The notes under the pieces are model-generated. The model was given only the letters and a program-made list of their open reading frames with translations, did no database searches and was not told the DNA's origin. A program made the position numbers and the translations under genes. Shown here in pieces: positions 19,987-30,175 of a stretch of DNA of 35,966 nucleotides; positions within the stretch are counted from its first letter, which is position 1; every line of letters starts with the position of its first letter. This DNA is from Nitrospinota bacterium (GTDB lineage: Bacteria > JADFOP01). The DNA lies in the NCBI GenBank assembly GCA_022562795.1, contig JADFOP010000018.1, forward strand, positions 1 to 35,966, given 5' to 3'.

Positions 19987-21393
19987 TCACTCGATTTGCG
20001 CGGCGATCTTGAACCGCTCTTTGTCGTTACGTTTTGTGATCGTGCCCCGGAACTCTACATTGGAAAACCGAGGCGATTCCTCCAACAGGCCGATAAGCTC
20101 CAGGGATGACTGGGCGTAGCCTCCGATCACAAGTTCGCGTCCATTGAAGTTGGTGTCCGTCAACCAGGCGGAGGTCGGGATGACGAGGGTCAGCTCTCTG
20201 AGCAGCTGTAAGATGCTGGGGTTGCGGGTTGACATTGACACGAGGGCATCCTTCTCGGTCCTCAGTTGGCTAGACTCGCGCTGAAGGAGGTTGACATTCT
20301 CCACCTTCGGCTGAAGGGCTGCAACGGCGTCCTCCAATCGGCGCAGCTCCCAACCGTCACGGACGGCGGTTGCTACGTAAAGGCCCAACGCCCCGACGAG
20401 AGCCACTCCCAGAGCCACGGCGCGCAGTGGCACGCGCCTGGCCGGCGGGGCCTCCGTGGGAGGAGGCACGAGGTTAATGGGAATCGTCTCGCCTCTGTGC
20501 CCCAAGAAGGCCAGTCCGGCAGCCGTGTGAAAAGGCCCTATATCGACTCCCTCCGGCGACTGTATTATCGCTCGGTGGTCCACGGCCGTCGGCGAGGTCA
20601 ACCCAAGGGTCTGCAACGCCTGGCGGACCACGCTCTCCAAAGGACCGAGGAAGAACCAGGGGAGGTCTGCGGGTGATTCGAGGCGACTCAGGATGGAGGA
20701 GAGCCCTTGATAGAGCTCCTGCTGCAGGCTGGCAATCGCTTCTGGGCCGTCTCGTCCTTCTAGTGAGAAGAGCTGGCTGCTGGCCAAACGGCCTTCTTCA
20801 TAGATATCCACCCCCACGGCCTGCTCGTCCTCCTCGACCAGCAGGATATGGGGGGCGTGGGAGACCTCGGGTTGGCAGCGCGCAAGGAGCACACCGCTGG
20901 CGAATGGAGATGGGACCAGGGCCTCTGGCTCCAGTCCCTTGGCCCTCCATGCCGAGAGGATCGATTCGATAATGTCCCGACGCACAGCTCCCACGAGGAG
21001 GTCCATATCCGGCCCCGACTCTTCGCCCAAAATCATATGGTCGTATATCAGCGACTCAGGGGCCACTGGCAGGTGCTTTTCGAGCTCGAAGGCCAGGGCG
21101 TTCCTCACGTCTTCTGCAGGCATCCTTGGCATGGTAAGGATCTTGAGAAAACACCATTGGCGGGGAAGGCCGACGATGATCCTCTCGGGGCGGATCCGCC
21201 GCCGCTCCAGGGACGCCTGAGCCGCTTCGGCCATCCGGAAAAACCCCTCGTCGGTGGAGTCGCCCTCCCAGTCGCCCTGGTGTATGAGGGTGATGCCGTG
21301 ACGATCGCTCCGCACGCACGCGTAGCGCAGCCCCCCAGGTCGGATGTCGAGGCCAAGGATCACTTGACGCCGGCCACCAAAGCGCTTAAACAC
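19987..21393 (-). CDS. gspL: T2SS GspL-like (PilM-PilN type) protein
   Basis: LGLDI actin-like N-terminus, INLVP motif, TM, PilN-like C-terminus (L.ELT..IP..AWLT, LEESPRFSNVEF). Confidence 0.8.
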   Translation of the reverse strand: MFKRFGGRRQVILGLDIRPGGLRYACVRSDRHGITLIHQGDWEGDSTDEGFFRMAEAAQASLERRRIRPERIIVGLPRQWCFLKILTMPRMPAEDVRNALAFELEKHLPVAPESLIYDHMILGEESGPDMDLLVGAVRRDIIESILSAWRAKGLEPEALVPSPFASGVLLARCQPEVSHAPHILLVEEDEQAVGVDIYEEGRLASSQLFSLEGRDGPEAIASLQQELYQGLSSILSRLESPADLPWFFLGPLESVVRQALQTLGLTSPTAVDHRAIIQSPEGVDIGPFHTAAGLAFLGHRGETIPINLVPPPTEAPPARRVPLRAVALGVALVGALGLYVATAVRDGWELRRLEDAVAALQPKVENVNLLQRESSQLRTEKDALVSMSTRNPSILQLLRELTLVIPTSAWLTDTNFNGRELVIGGYAQSSLELIGLLEESPRFSNVEFRGTITKRNDKERFKIAAQIE

Positions 21394-21401
21394 TGCGGGG
21401 T

Positions 21402-22367
21402 CTACCTCCCGATGTAATTGTCGTTCCAGTACTTGATGGTGATGGTCTCGTTCCCCCCTCCACCGGAAACGATGGCTTTAATGCTGCGGCGCACGGGGCT
21501 TCCGGGAACGCGGCCTGAGGCTACGATGGTAAAATTGCTCGAACTCTCGTTCTCGCTGTATACGCCCTCGTTGGCCTCTCGCTTGGCAAGAATGCTGTCG
21601 GCTCTCTCTTTGGAGTAGAGCGTGCGAAGCACCGTCTCGCTGGCAGTGTTATTATTCAACCTAGCTCCCGTGGTCGTCAAGAAGTCCACGAGCCCAGTGT
21701 ATGTCTCACTTCCGTCTTGGCTCACCCCGCCGTAGAAGATGGTCGGCGTAACGCCCCGCACCAAGATAAGCTCTTCAATGGTGTCGATGCGCCCGTCTTT
21801 GGCCTCGTAATTCAGACCCTCGTCCTCGTAGTAGTCGTCTTCCGCACCGTTGAGTTTGTGGAGTGGGTCGGGGTCGATCCAATCAAGGACGGAGTCTGCG
21901 ATGATGGAGCGCTGTATTACATCTTCAACACCTGTTTGCTCCAGCAGGATCATGAGACGCGGGCGGGTGGTGACGTTGATGTTAATTTTGCTCTCCTCGT
22001 CGGTTATGTCGTAACTGAAAAGGCCGGCCCCGAAAACGAGGTCTGTCCGGTCGGGCGCCTCGTTGGGCTCCCCCTCAGTCGGGTTCCGCCTGGCGAAAAC
22101 CAGCTGATTATCCTCTGGTTGCAGGTACGTGTATTCGTAGTCCTCAAGTATCTCGGCCAAAGCCGTGTGGAATGCTGCCTGAACCAGATAGTAGGACTGG
22201 GCCTCCTCGATGTAGTTGCGCACCACCGTGGTCTCCAGACGGGTGGAGAAGGCAAAGTCGACGACCAGGAGGGTCAGGAGCACTAGAATCCACAGCACCA
22301 TTACCAGGGCGAACCCCCGCTCGCTCCGACAAAGCTCTTTTGGTCGATCCCTCAACGCCTCGCTCAC
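21402..22367 (-). CDS. gspK: T2SS minor pseudopilin K
   Basis: RGFALVMVLW (no Glu5), DEESKININ, DSVLDWID.D, GAEDDYY, EELILVRG. Confidence 0.92.
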   Translation of the reverse strand: MSEALRDRPKELCRSERGFALVMVLWILVLLTLLVVDFAFSTRLETTVVRNYIEEAQSYYLVQAAFHTALAEILEDYEYTYLQPEDNQLVFARRNPTEGEPNEAPDRTDLVFGAGLFSYDITDEESKININVTTRPRLMILLEQTGVEDVIQRSIIADSVLDWIDPDPLHKLNGAEDDYYEDEGLNYEAKDGRIDTIEELILVRGVTPTIFYGGVSQDGSETYTGLVDFLTTTGARLNNNTASETVLRTLYSKERADSILAKREANEGVYSENESSSNFTIVASGRVPGSPVRRSIKAIVSGGGGNETITIKYWNDNYIGR

Positions 22368-23050
22368 TTTCTTTTAGGCTCCATGGTCTGCACGATCGGC
22401 AACACCAGGGTAATGGGGGGAATTTCCATCACCCTGCCTTCTTCCGGTTTCTTGAAAGATAGAAGAAATTCGACGGCCGTTGGGGGAGTGTCGCTCTTCC
22501 AACTCTCCTCCCACCGGGGGGGAGGGGGAATCCCCCCTGTTGTCGGAGGGGGGCCAAAGTACCGATACTTAATAGCCTCCACCGTGGGGTCTAGCATAAT
22601 CAGGTGGCCCTTGCCTTCCTCGAAGAGCTCGCCGTTGGGGATGATATCCTCCCTGAGGACGAGGCCCCGCTGGCCCGTGTCGGCGTCCTCTTCGACGCTG
22701 AGAGTTACCTCCTTCAGTCCGCTTTGCACGAAGCCCCGGGAGCGCATGGAGGCGGTGGTCACGAAGCTGAAGCGGTCGGCCTCACCACGGAAAGCGACGG
22801 ACTCCACCGACGTCCCAACCTGGGATGGGGGATATGCGCTGCGGAGCTCCTGGGAAATCTGCTCAGTTATGACCCGGGCCCGGTGGGTCCGTTCTATGCT
22901 TCTTCCACCCGTAAGGATGGCATTTTGGCTGATTCGGAGCGCCGCACCCAAGATGGCTACAATGAGGCCGAGTATGGCCATGGCAATGACGAGCTCGAGC
23001 AACGTAAAACCACCCTGGCTGCGAAGGACTCTGAATAGACGGGCTCTCAC
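22364..23050 (-). CDS. gspJ: T2SS minor pseudopilin J
   Basis: GFTLLELVIAMAI; lies between gspI and gspK. Confidence 0.8.
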   Translation of the reverse strand: MRARLFRVLRSQGGFTLLELVIAMAILGLIVAILGAALRISQNAILTGGRSIERTHRARVITEQISQELRSAYPPSQVGTSVESVAFRGEADRFSFVTTASMRSRGFVQSGLKEVTLSVEEDADTGQRGLVLREDIIPNGELFEEGKGHLIMLDPTVEAIKYRYFGPPPTTGGIPPPPRWEESWKSDTPPTAVEFLLSFKKPEEGRVMEIPPITLVLPIVQTMEPKRK

Positions 23051-23460
23051 AGGCCCACTCTCCTTTGCTCGGGGAGGAATCCAAGCCGCAGGGTCTCAAG
23101 GGCCACCCGCCTTCGCCGCGGCCCGTTCTCCCAGGAGACAATCACCTTAATGTGGAAGAGTCGTGTCTTTCGCTCTCGGAGCGTCTCGCGCTGCTGTGAT
23201 GTATCGACGACCTTCCGACTCCATCTGTACCCGTCGGTGTATTCGCCCTCCTCTTCTCCCTCTACAAGCTCCTCGAGTAGGTCAACCTCGTTCATCTTGC
23301 TCTTGGCGAGGATGACCGCCTTCGAGTAGGCCCGGTCCACGTGGAGGGCCATCAGCCCCTGGGAAAAGATGGAGAAAATAAGGACGAGGCTCATCCCAAG
23401 AATGCTGATGGCCACGAGGACCTCCATGAGGGTGAAGCCCGCATCGCCACCGCGCATCAC
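23047..23460 (-). CDS. gspI: T2SS minor pseudopilin I
   Basis: GFTLMEVLVAISI, A..LAKSKM.E; 137 aa; operon position. Confidence 0.8.
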   Translation of the reverse strand: MMRGGDAGFTLMEVLVAISILGMSLVLIFSIFSQGLMALHVDRAYSKAVILAKSKMNEVDLLEELVEGEEEGEYTDGYRWSRKVVDTSQQRETLRERKTRLFHIKVIVSWENGPRRRRVALETLRLGFLPEQRRVGL

Positions 23461-24041
23461 GAAACCTCCCGAGAGATGGTTGGGGTGCCCGTTACCGGGT
23501 CTACGACAATCCGGTATACGGTGCCGAGGGTGTTGACGAGTTCGATGGCCTCACCTGTGGAATAGCCGGTGGGGTAAAAGAGCAGGTCCCGTTTGCCAGA
23601 GTCGATGACGACCGCTCCCTGGCGATCGATCAGACGCGGCCGAACCGTCGAGGGGAATTGGATAGTGATCAGAGCCCTCGGGGGGGGAGGAGGCACCCCT
23701 TCCTCGATCTCGGAACCCTTGGGCTCGACCCGCAAGAGCCGGGTGAAATGGCCGTCGAGGTCAATCCGCACGATCTGAATCTTTTTGGTAAGGATGGCCT
23801 GCTGGTGGGCGTAGCGGAGTAAGCTGGCCATACTCGTGGCGGCCCGCTTGCACTGGAGGTTAATCCACCCTCGGTGGATAGCAGGCACAGATAGGGCCGC
23901 AACCACGCCGATAATGAGCAGGACGACGATGAGCTCCAGTAGGGAGAACCCCTTCTCGTCGCTCAGCGCCCCCCTAGAGGTTCTCCCAGGAGACAATATC
24001 TTTGTTCTCTCCGTCTCCACCTGGGGCTCCGTCGGCTCCAT
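23457..24041 (-). CDS. gspH: T2SS minor pseudopilin H (start uncertain: ATG 24041 or TTG 23996)
   Basis: GFSLLELIVVLLI, FYPTGYSTG, VDPVTG; follows gspG. Confidence 0.8.
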   Translation of the reverse strand: MEPTEPQVETERTKILSPGRTSRGALSDEKGFSLLELIVVLLIIGVVAALSVPAIHRGWINLQCKRAATSMASLLRYAHQQAILTKKIQIVRIDLDGHFTRLLRVEPKGSEIEEGVPPPPPRALITIQFPSTVRPRLIDRQGAVVIDSGKRDLLFYPTGYSTGEAIELVNTLGTVYRIVVDPVTGTPTISREVS

Positions 24042-24399
24042 AGGAGATGAGGTCCATGTCGCCGTTCTCACCTGGAGAGCGGTATTTGTATGCATTGCCC
24101 CATGGGTCCTTTGGGACGGCCTTGACCAAGTAGGGACCAACCCATGAATCGAGTCCCGATGGTTGTTCATTCAGCGCCTCAAGACCCTCTGCGGTCGATG
24201 GATAACGGCCCACATCGAGCCGGTAGGTGTCGAGGGCCTGTCGAAAGAGCTCGATCTGCGCCGATGCGGCTTTCCGTTTGGCCTCGCCGACCTTACCAAA
24301 AAGCCGGGGGCCAACCAACGCCGCCAGGATGGCGATAATCACCACCACGACTAGAATTTCAATAAGCGTGAATCCTCGTTCATCCGCCAATCGGTGCAT
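23974..24399 (-). CDS. gspG: T2SS major pseudopilin
   Basis: GFTLIEILVV, ALDTYRLDVGRYP, GPYL...VPKDPWGNAY.YRSPG, SYGADG.PGG.G.N.DI. Confidence 0.96.
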   Translation of the reverse strand: MHRLADERGFTLIEILVVVVIIAILAALVGPRLFGKVGEAKRKAASAQIELFRQALDTYRLDVGRYPSTAEGLEALNEQPSGLDSWVGPYLVKAVPKDPWGNAYKYRSPGENGDMDLISYGADGAPGGDGENKDIVSWENL

Positions 24400-24414
24400 G
24401 GGTTTGGTTCTCCC

Positions 24415-25635
24415 TCAGATGGGGACGGCGGTGATGCTGAAGATGGCCATGAGGATCGAAAGCACAATGAATCCCACCACAACCCCCATAACCAGGATAA
24501 TGACCGGCTCGACGAGGGCTGTCAACCTCCGGACGGTCGTCTGGACATCCGCGTCGAAGATGTCGGCTACCTGAAGCAGCATCTCCTCCAATCGGCCCGA
24601 TTCCTCGCCGATGGCAATCATCTGGGTGGCCAGCGGTGGAAAGTTCACTGAAGCCCGGAGGGGTAAAGCAAGCGGACGACCGGCGCGGACGGCCTCGGTT
24701 AGGTCGCCCACCAAGTCGGCCAACACTTGGTTCGTCATCGTCTCCTCGACGATGCTCATAGCCTCTAGAATAGGGACACCGCTGGTCAGTAGGGTTCCCA
24801 AGGTGCGGGTAAAGCGCCCGACATCAATCTTTTTAATGAGCTCTCCCACAATAGGCAGACGCAGCTTGAAACGGTCCCACAAGCGTCGGCCTTCGGTCCG
24901 CTTAATTACGCGGCGAAAGATCACCCAGGCCCCGATAATTCCACCGAGCAAAGCCCACCAGGCCTTTAGGAAGAAGCCGCTAAAAGCCAGAAGAATCTGT
25001 GTTGAAAGGGGTAGCGCCTGGCCGAGATCAGAAAATATTTCCGTAAATCGAGGGATGACGAAGATCAGCAGGACCATGACGGCCGCGCCGCCGGCCACGG
25101 TAAGAATAGTGGGGTAGACCAGCTGTGAGATGACTTGAGACCGGGTAGCGTGGGCGACTTCCATGAAATCCGCCAGTCGCTGGAGGATGGGGCCCAGAGC
25201 CCCGCTCGCCTCTCCGGCATGGACCATGCTGGCGTAGAGATTACCAAAGACCTTGGGGTGGCGTCCAAGGGCATTGGAGAGAGTAGAGCCCTCCTGCATC
25301 CGCGCCAGGAGGTCCTCGACCACGGCTCGCATACGGGCCTTCCTGGTCAAGGGGATGATAATCTGGAGGACTCGGTCTATTTCAAGTCCGGAGTTAAAGA
25401 GGGTTGCCATGTGCCGGGTAAAGGTCAAAACGTCGGTGCGGGTGACTCGATGGATGATCTGGCTGACTTCCAGTCCCTGGTCGGCAGCCTCGTCGTCGAT
25501 GCTTTCGGTCACCGCAATTGGCAGGTAATCCATGGATTGGAGATGATCTATGACGGCGCGGCGGTCTCTCCCCTCCATCGTGCCTTCGACAACGCTTCCC
25601 GCCTGGTCAACGACCTTGTAGGTGTATTGTGGCAT
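24415..25635 (-). CDS. gspF: T2SS inner-membrane platform protein
   Basis: FTRHMATL, AGEASGAL, YP..L, IGEESGRL, LVEP.II. Confidence 0.93.
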   Translation of the reverse strand: MPQYTYKVVDQAGSVVEGTMEGRDRRAVIDHLQSMDYLPIAVTESIDDEAADQGLEVSQIIHRVTRTDVLTFTRHMATLFNSGLEIDRVLQIIIPLTRKARMRAVVEDLLARMQEGSTLSNALGRHPKVFGNLYASMVHAGEASGALGPILQRLADFMEVAHATRSQVISQLVYPTILTVAGGAAVMVLLIFVIPRFTEIFSDLGQALPLSTQILLAFSGFFLKAWWALLGGIIGAWVIFRRVIKRTEGRRLWDRFKLRLPIVGELIKKIDVGRFTRTLGTLLTSGVPILEAMSIVEETMTNQVLADLVGDLTEAVRAGRPLALPLRASVNFPPLATQMIAIGEESGRLEEMLLQVADIFDADVQTTVRRLTALVEPVIILVMGVVVGFIVLSILMAIFSITAVPI

Positions 25636-25670
25636 GTGCTACTCGTAGTCCGGCAGGCCGGGGGCAGGTC

Positions 25671-27401
25671 TCAAGCGCCGACCATGGTGGCTTCTTCGTC
25701 CTGCGTGACCCGCAGGACCTCGGCGATACTCGTTAGCCCCGCCCGGACTTTTTCGAGCCCATCGCCCCGGAGGGTCACCATGCCCTTGGAGACCGCTTGT
25801 TGTTTGATAATGGTCGATGAGGTTTTCTCCAGAATCGGGACCCGGATGTCCTCGTCTATGGGGAGGAGCTCGAATATTCCGATGCGGCCCCGGTAGCCCG
25901 TTTGGCCGCACGCCTCGCAACCTGTTCCTTCGTAAGCCACGAAGGGCTCTGTAGCCGGCAATCCGGCCTCCTGGAGCAATTCCGGAGAGGTCTGCTCTCC
26001 CCTCTTGCAGCTCTGGCAGTTGAGCCGAACCAGCCGCTGGGCAAGGATGCCCATAATTGAGGAAGCCAGCAGGTAATTTTCCATCCCCATATCTAAGAGT
26101 CGGGTGATCCCCCCTGCTGCGTCGTTGGTGTGAATGGTTGAGAAAACCAGGTGGCCCGTCAAGGCCGACTGGATGGCTATCTCGGCCGTCTCGGGGTCGC
26201 GAATCTCACCGATCATGATGATGTCCGGGTCCTGGCGAACGATGGAGCGTAGCCCGTTTGCGAAGGTGAGCCCAATGGCAGGCTTGACCTGAATCTGGTT
26301 GATCCCCCTCAGGTTGTACTCGACAGGGTCTTCGATGGTGATGATCTTCTTGTCCGGGGAGTTGATTTTATCCAGTGCGGCATAGAGAGTGGTTGTTTTA
26401 CCGCTGCCCGTAGGCCCGGTGACCAAGACGATGCCGTAAGGCCGGCGGACGAGAGACTCGAACTGCCGCAGAATTCCGGGCGAGAACCCGAGTTTCTCCA
26501 GGCTCAGGACCAGAGTGGCGCTGTCGAGGATTCGCATGACCACGCTCTCGCCGCTCAGGGTTGGGATCGTCGAGACCCGCAGGTCAATATCTCGACCGGT
26601 GACCTTGAGCTTGATCCGACCGTCCTGAGGCAGACGCCGCTCGGCGATGTTGAGCTTGCTCATAATCTTGACTCTAGAGATGATAGCGTCCTGGAGCCGC
26701 TTGGGGGGGCTCTCCACGTCGTGGAGGATGCCATCGATGCGGTAGCGGACCTTGAGAACCCCTTCGAAGGGCTCGATGTGAACGTCGCTGGCGCCCCGCT
26801 CGATTGCCTGGGAGATGAGGAGGTTGACGATCCGGATGACGGGGGCCTCAAGGGCCATGTCTCTCAGGTGGCTGATGTCATGGTCGTCCTCGAGCAGGTC
26901 CCACTCTTCGCCTTCGATGGGCACGCTTTCGACAATATCGCCGATTGTCGTCGAGCCCTCACCGTAATAGCGATCGATGGCAGCGGCGATATCGCTCTCC
27001 GCACCGAGGTAGACCTCGATCTTCTTGTATCCGATGGCGGTCTTCAACTCATTGATAATTGACGTGTTGGAGGGGTCAGCCATGACGATCGTGAGGGTAT
27101 TGTCTTCAGCCTTGAGGGGGGCGAAGCCATACTCCTTCATGTACTTGACAGGAAAGGCAACACCTTCCAAGGGCTTGTCGGGATAGAGACCGTCCGGCAG
27201 GAAAGGGACCCCGAAATGCTGGGCCAGGGCAGTGAGGAGTTGGATTTCCGTGAGAAAGCCCATCACCACCAATGTGCGGCCCAGGGGCTGCTCCACAACC
27301 CGCTGCTCTTTGAGGGCCCGCTCGAGCTCCTCGGCGGAGATCAGCCCCTTTTTGATGAGAAGTTCGCCCAGGCGGAGCGCATTGAACGGGCTCCCGGCCA
27401 T
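25671..27401 (-). CDS. gspE: T2SS ATPase
   Basis: RLGELL N-terminal motif, ASDVHIEP, GPTGSGKTT, TIEDPVEY, RQDPDIIMIGEIRD, tetracysteine motif. Confidence 0.95.
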   Translation of the reverse strand: MAGSPFNALRLGELLIKKGLISAEELERALKEQRVVEQPLGRTLVVMGFLTEIQLLTALAQHFGVPFLPDGLYPDKPLEGVAFPVKYMKEYGFAPLKAEDNTLTIVMADPSNTSIINELKTAIGYKKIEVYLGAESDIAAAIDRYYGEGSTTIGDIVESVPIEGEEWDLLEDDHDISHLRDMALEAPVIRIVNLLISQAIERGASDVHIEPFEGVLKVRYRIDGILHDVESPPKRLQDAIISRVKIMSKLNIAERRLPQDGRIKLKVTGRDIDLRVSTIPTLSGESVVMRILDSATLVLSLEKLGFSPGILRQFESLVRRPYGIVLVTGPTGSGKTTTLYAALDKINSPDKKIITIEDPVEYNLRGINQIQVKPAIGLTFANGLRSIVRQDPDIIMIGEIRDPETAEIAIQSALTGHLVFSTIHTNDAAGGITRLLDMGMENYLLASSIMGILAQRLVRLNCQSCKRGEQTSPELLQEAGLPATEPFVAYEGTGCEACGQTGYRGRIGIFELLPIDEDIRVPILEKTSSTIIKQQAVSKGMVTLRGDGLEKVRAGLTSIAEVLRVTQDEEATMVGA

Positions 27402-27439
27402 GTAACCATCCCCCCTGTGTGAGCTTATAGCTACGCCTT

Positions 27440-27469
27440 ATTGTAGCAGATGCGCGCCGGGGTTTGCAA
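27440..27469 (-). promoter_or_regulatory. Putative internal sigma70 promoter for gspE
   Basis: Minus strand TTGCAA, 18-bp spacer, TACAAT with an extended -10 TG. Confidence 0.5.
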
Positions 27470-27492
27470 CGGGAAGGGGAAGGCGGGCGGGC

Positions 27493-29956
27493 CTAACGAC
27501 GGCCAGCCTTATGTTTTTTGAGGAGCTTTTGGATGCTTTGGAGCCGCTCGTTGTACAGATCGGTGACGGCGCGGGCGTCGGCTTCGTCGAAGACCACCCG
27601 GGGGGTCACCATGACGATGAGCTCGGTCTTTTCCTTCGTTATGACGGTGCGGCCGAAGATGCGCTTAAGTATGGGAATGCGGTTCAGGATGGGGATGCCG
27701 GTCAGCGTTTCTCTCCCGGTCTCAGAGATGAGCCCGCCGATGATGAGGGTCTGGTTGTCTTTTACCACGACGCTGGTTTTCGCACTGCGGGTGAGGAAGC
27801 TGATTTCCCTATTACCATCTTCCGTTACAAAAATCTCGCCGATTTCGCTCAGCTCCTCCTCGATATCCAGCGTCACATAGCCGTTCTCGTTGATTTTCGG
27901 CGTAATCTTGAGCTTCACCCCCACCTTTTTGAACTCGAAGCTGGTTGGTGATATCGGTGTTGGGGTCGGTTGTGGTCTTGGGAATGGGCACCTCCGTCAC
28001 CACGTTTATCTCCGCCTCCTTGTTCTCGGAGGTGAGGATGCTCGGGCTCGATACGATGTTCAGATTGCCCTCCGAGGCTAGCATATCCAAGGTGGCGATG
28101 AACCGTTCGGGGTTGGTGACAAAGAGAGACAGCCCCCCAAGGTCTGTAACCGCTGTGCTCGTAGGAATGGCGGGAGTCGCCACAGGGGAGCCCAGTTGGG
28201 CAGCGCTGGCGATTGGTAGCCCCCCTGACCTAACCTTTGATCCTCGGAAGGCGTACTCGAGGCCGAACTCGAAGTCGCCGGTCAGGGTGACCTCCGCGAT
28301 GAGGGTCTCGATGATGACCTGCTTGGGCTTTCGGTCGAGCTTCTTGATGACCGCCAGGACGTCAGGGTAGTTGACCGGCTTTGTTCGCAAAACTATGGCG
28401 TTGGACTCCGTATCGGCGACGACGAAGAGGGAAATCTCCTCAGAGGTGGCGTCGGAGACGACCCGCTCGGCCACCCTGAGCGACGGGGAGGCGCGCGGCG
28501 ACGTGGCGGCGGCCGGCGGCGGGGCCTCAGCTTTTTTTTCGCCCGCCGTCTCGAGTTGGGCTATGCGCTCAAGCGGAGAGCCGCTCGGAGCCCTGCTCTC
28601 GCTTCTTTCGAACTCGGAAGTTGGCCTGGGAGTGGATGGCTGCGGCCTAGCAGGGACGCCCCCGCTCTCCGAAGGAAATAGGCCCTGGAGGATGCCGACG
28701 ATGTTCTCAGCCGTCCCGTACTGGACGTAATAGACGAAAGTCTGCTCCTCGGCCCGCAGGGTGGGCTGGTCGAGCCGGGAGGTCCATAGATCGATGGCCG
28801 AAGCGAGGTCGGGCAGCCCGTTGACGACGAGAAGCGCGTTGAGGCGCGGGACAGGGATGAACTCCAGGGTCGCCGACGCGTCGTCGCCGTAGCCGAGGGC
28901 TACGAACATCATTCGGAGCTCAGCGGCCAGGGTCTCGGGGTCGACATAATCCAACGAGTAGAGTTTGGTCTGGATGCGGTCGAAGGCGTCGGTGTCGAGC
29001 ATCTCAACCAACCGAAGCACCTTTTTGACGTTTCGGGCCGAATCTACGAGGATGAAGCTGTTGGTGCCCTTGATGGGAATCATGGCGGCCGCCTCAGAGA
29101 TGACCGGCTTTACGACCTCCTGCATTGTGCCCGCCGGGATGAACCGGACTGGTATAACCTGAATAATGAAGCGATCCTCGGCCGGAACGGGAAACGCCCG
29201 GCTGCCCATGCGGGTGGCGATTGGAAGCTGACGCGCCTGGGCCACGGGGACCACGCGGTAGAGGTCGCCCACCTGGACCATCGTGAAGCCGTTTACGGCG
29301 AGAATCTGCTCCAGCGTCGGCAGCAGCTCGCTTATGGAAATCTTGCCCGCCGTCTGAATGGTGACGGTCCCGCCGACGGCCGGATCTAAAACGTAATTAA
29401 TGCCTACGAGATCCCCCACCACCCGGATGACGCTGCGGAGGTCCGCCTCGTCGAAGTTCAACACCACCTTGCCCAGGGAGGAGGAGGGCTGGTTGGCCAA
29501 GACGATAGCCCCGGCGTGCGGGTCGACGCTCATCGAGGAATAGGTGGCCAGCCTCGAAGGATCGTAGGCGGGCCGGGCCTCAGCGAACGATGCGGCAGGA
29601 GGGCCGGAATAGGCGGCCGTCGACGGCCCGAAGTCAGGCAGCGGAGGCCTCAGCAGATCGGGGTAGAATGAACTGGGGACGAGGGGCCTGGACGATTCAA
29701 ACGCCGGTGCGGGAGGTCTCAGAAGATCGGGGTAGTATGACCGAGGAATTGGAGCCGTAATCTCGCCCGGTGCGTTTGCCGCGAGCAGCGCGTACAGCGA
29801 ATTGTCGGGCCCCGACCGCCAGGGCAACGGCCACCGACTGCACCCGACGACGAGGAGGGCTACGGCTGCCCACGCTAAAGGGCGGGACCACGCGCTAAGA
29901 GCGCCGCGGACCGGGAGACGCGCCCGTGGGAGAGTCTTCTTACTCACTCGTCCCAT
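27493..29956 (-). pseudogene. gspD: T2SS secretin, split by a frameshift near 27945 (real lesion or assembly error)
   Basis: N0 (LNFDEADL), N domains and QVIIETLIAEV in 27812..29956; the secretin end SFEFKKVGVKLKITP..TLIIGGL..GIPIL..IP..KTELIVMVTPRVV lies in the +1 frame ending at 27493. Confidence 0.9.
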
Positions 29957-30175
29957 ACCGTACCCCCAAGCCTATATGGGGACAGCCCAGTCATTAAAAG
30001 GCCCTGGCCGCCTTCCTTAACAGACATGGATAAACCCTGTCTCAGCAAAGAGCTTCTAAATATATCAAATCATTACTGAAAAAGAAACCCCCCATGAAAA
30101 ATTTATCAATGGTTATTTTGGCGTATATATACTTGACGAAGGAGTGGGGCGTCGTGGTAGGATTGGGGGCGCGAG

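Noticed and set aside
24042-24170. Long N-terminal extension of GspH
   Set aside because: Overlaps the conserved gspG coding region; prepilin leaders are short.
27922-27935. Programmed -1 frameshift at the CAAAAAG run in gspD
   Set aside because: The downstream frame is +1, and secretin-like sequence in that frame appears to start before the A-run.
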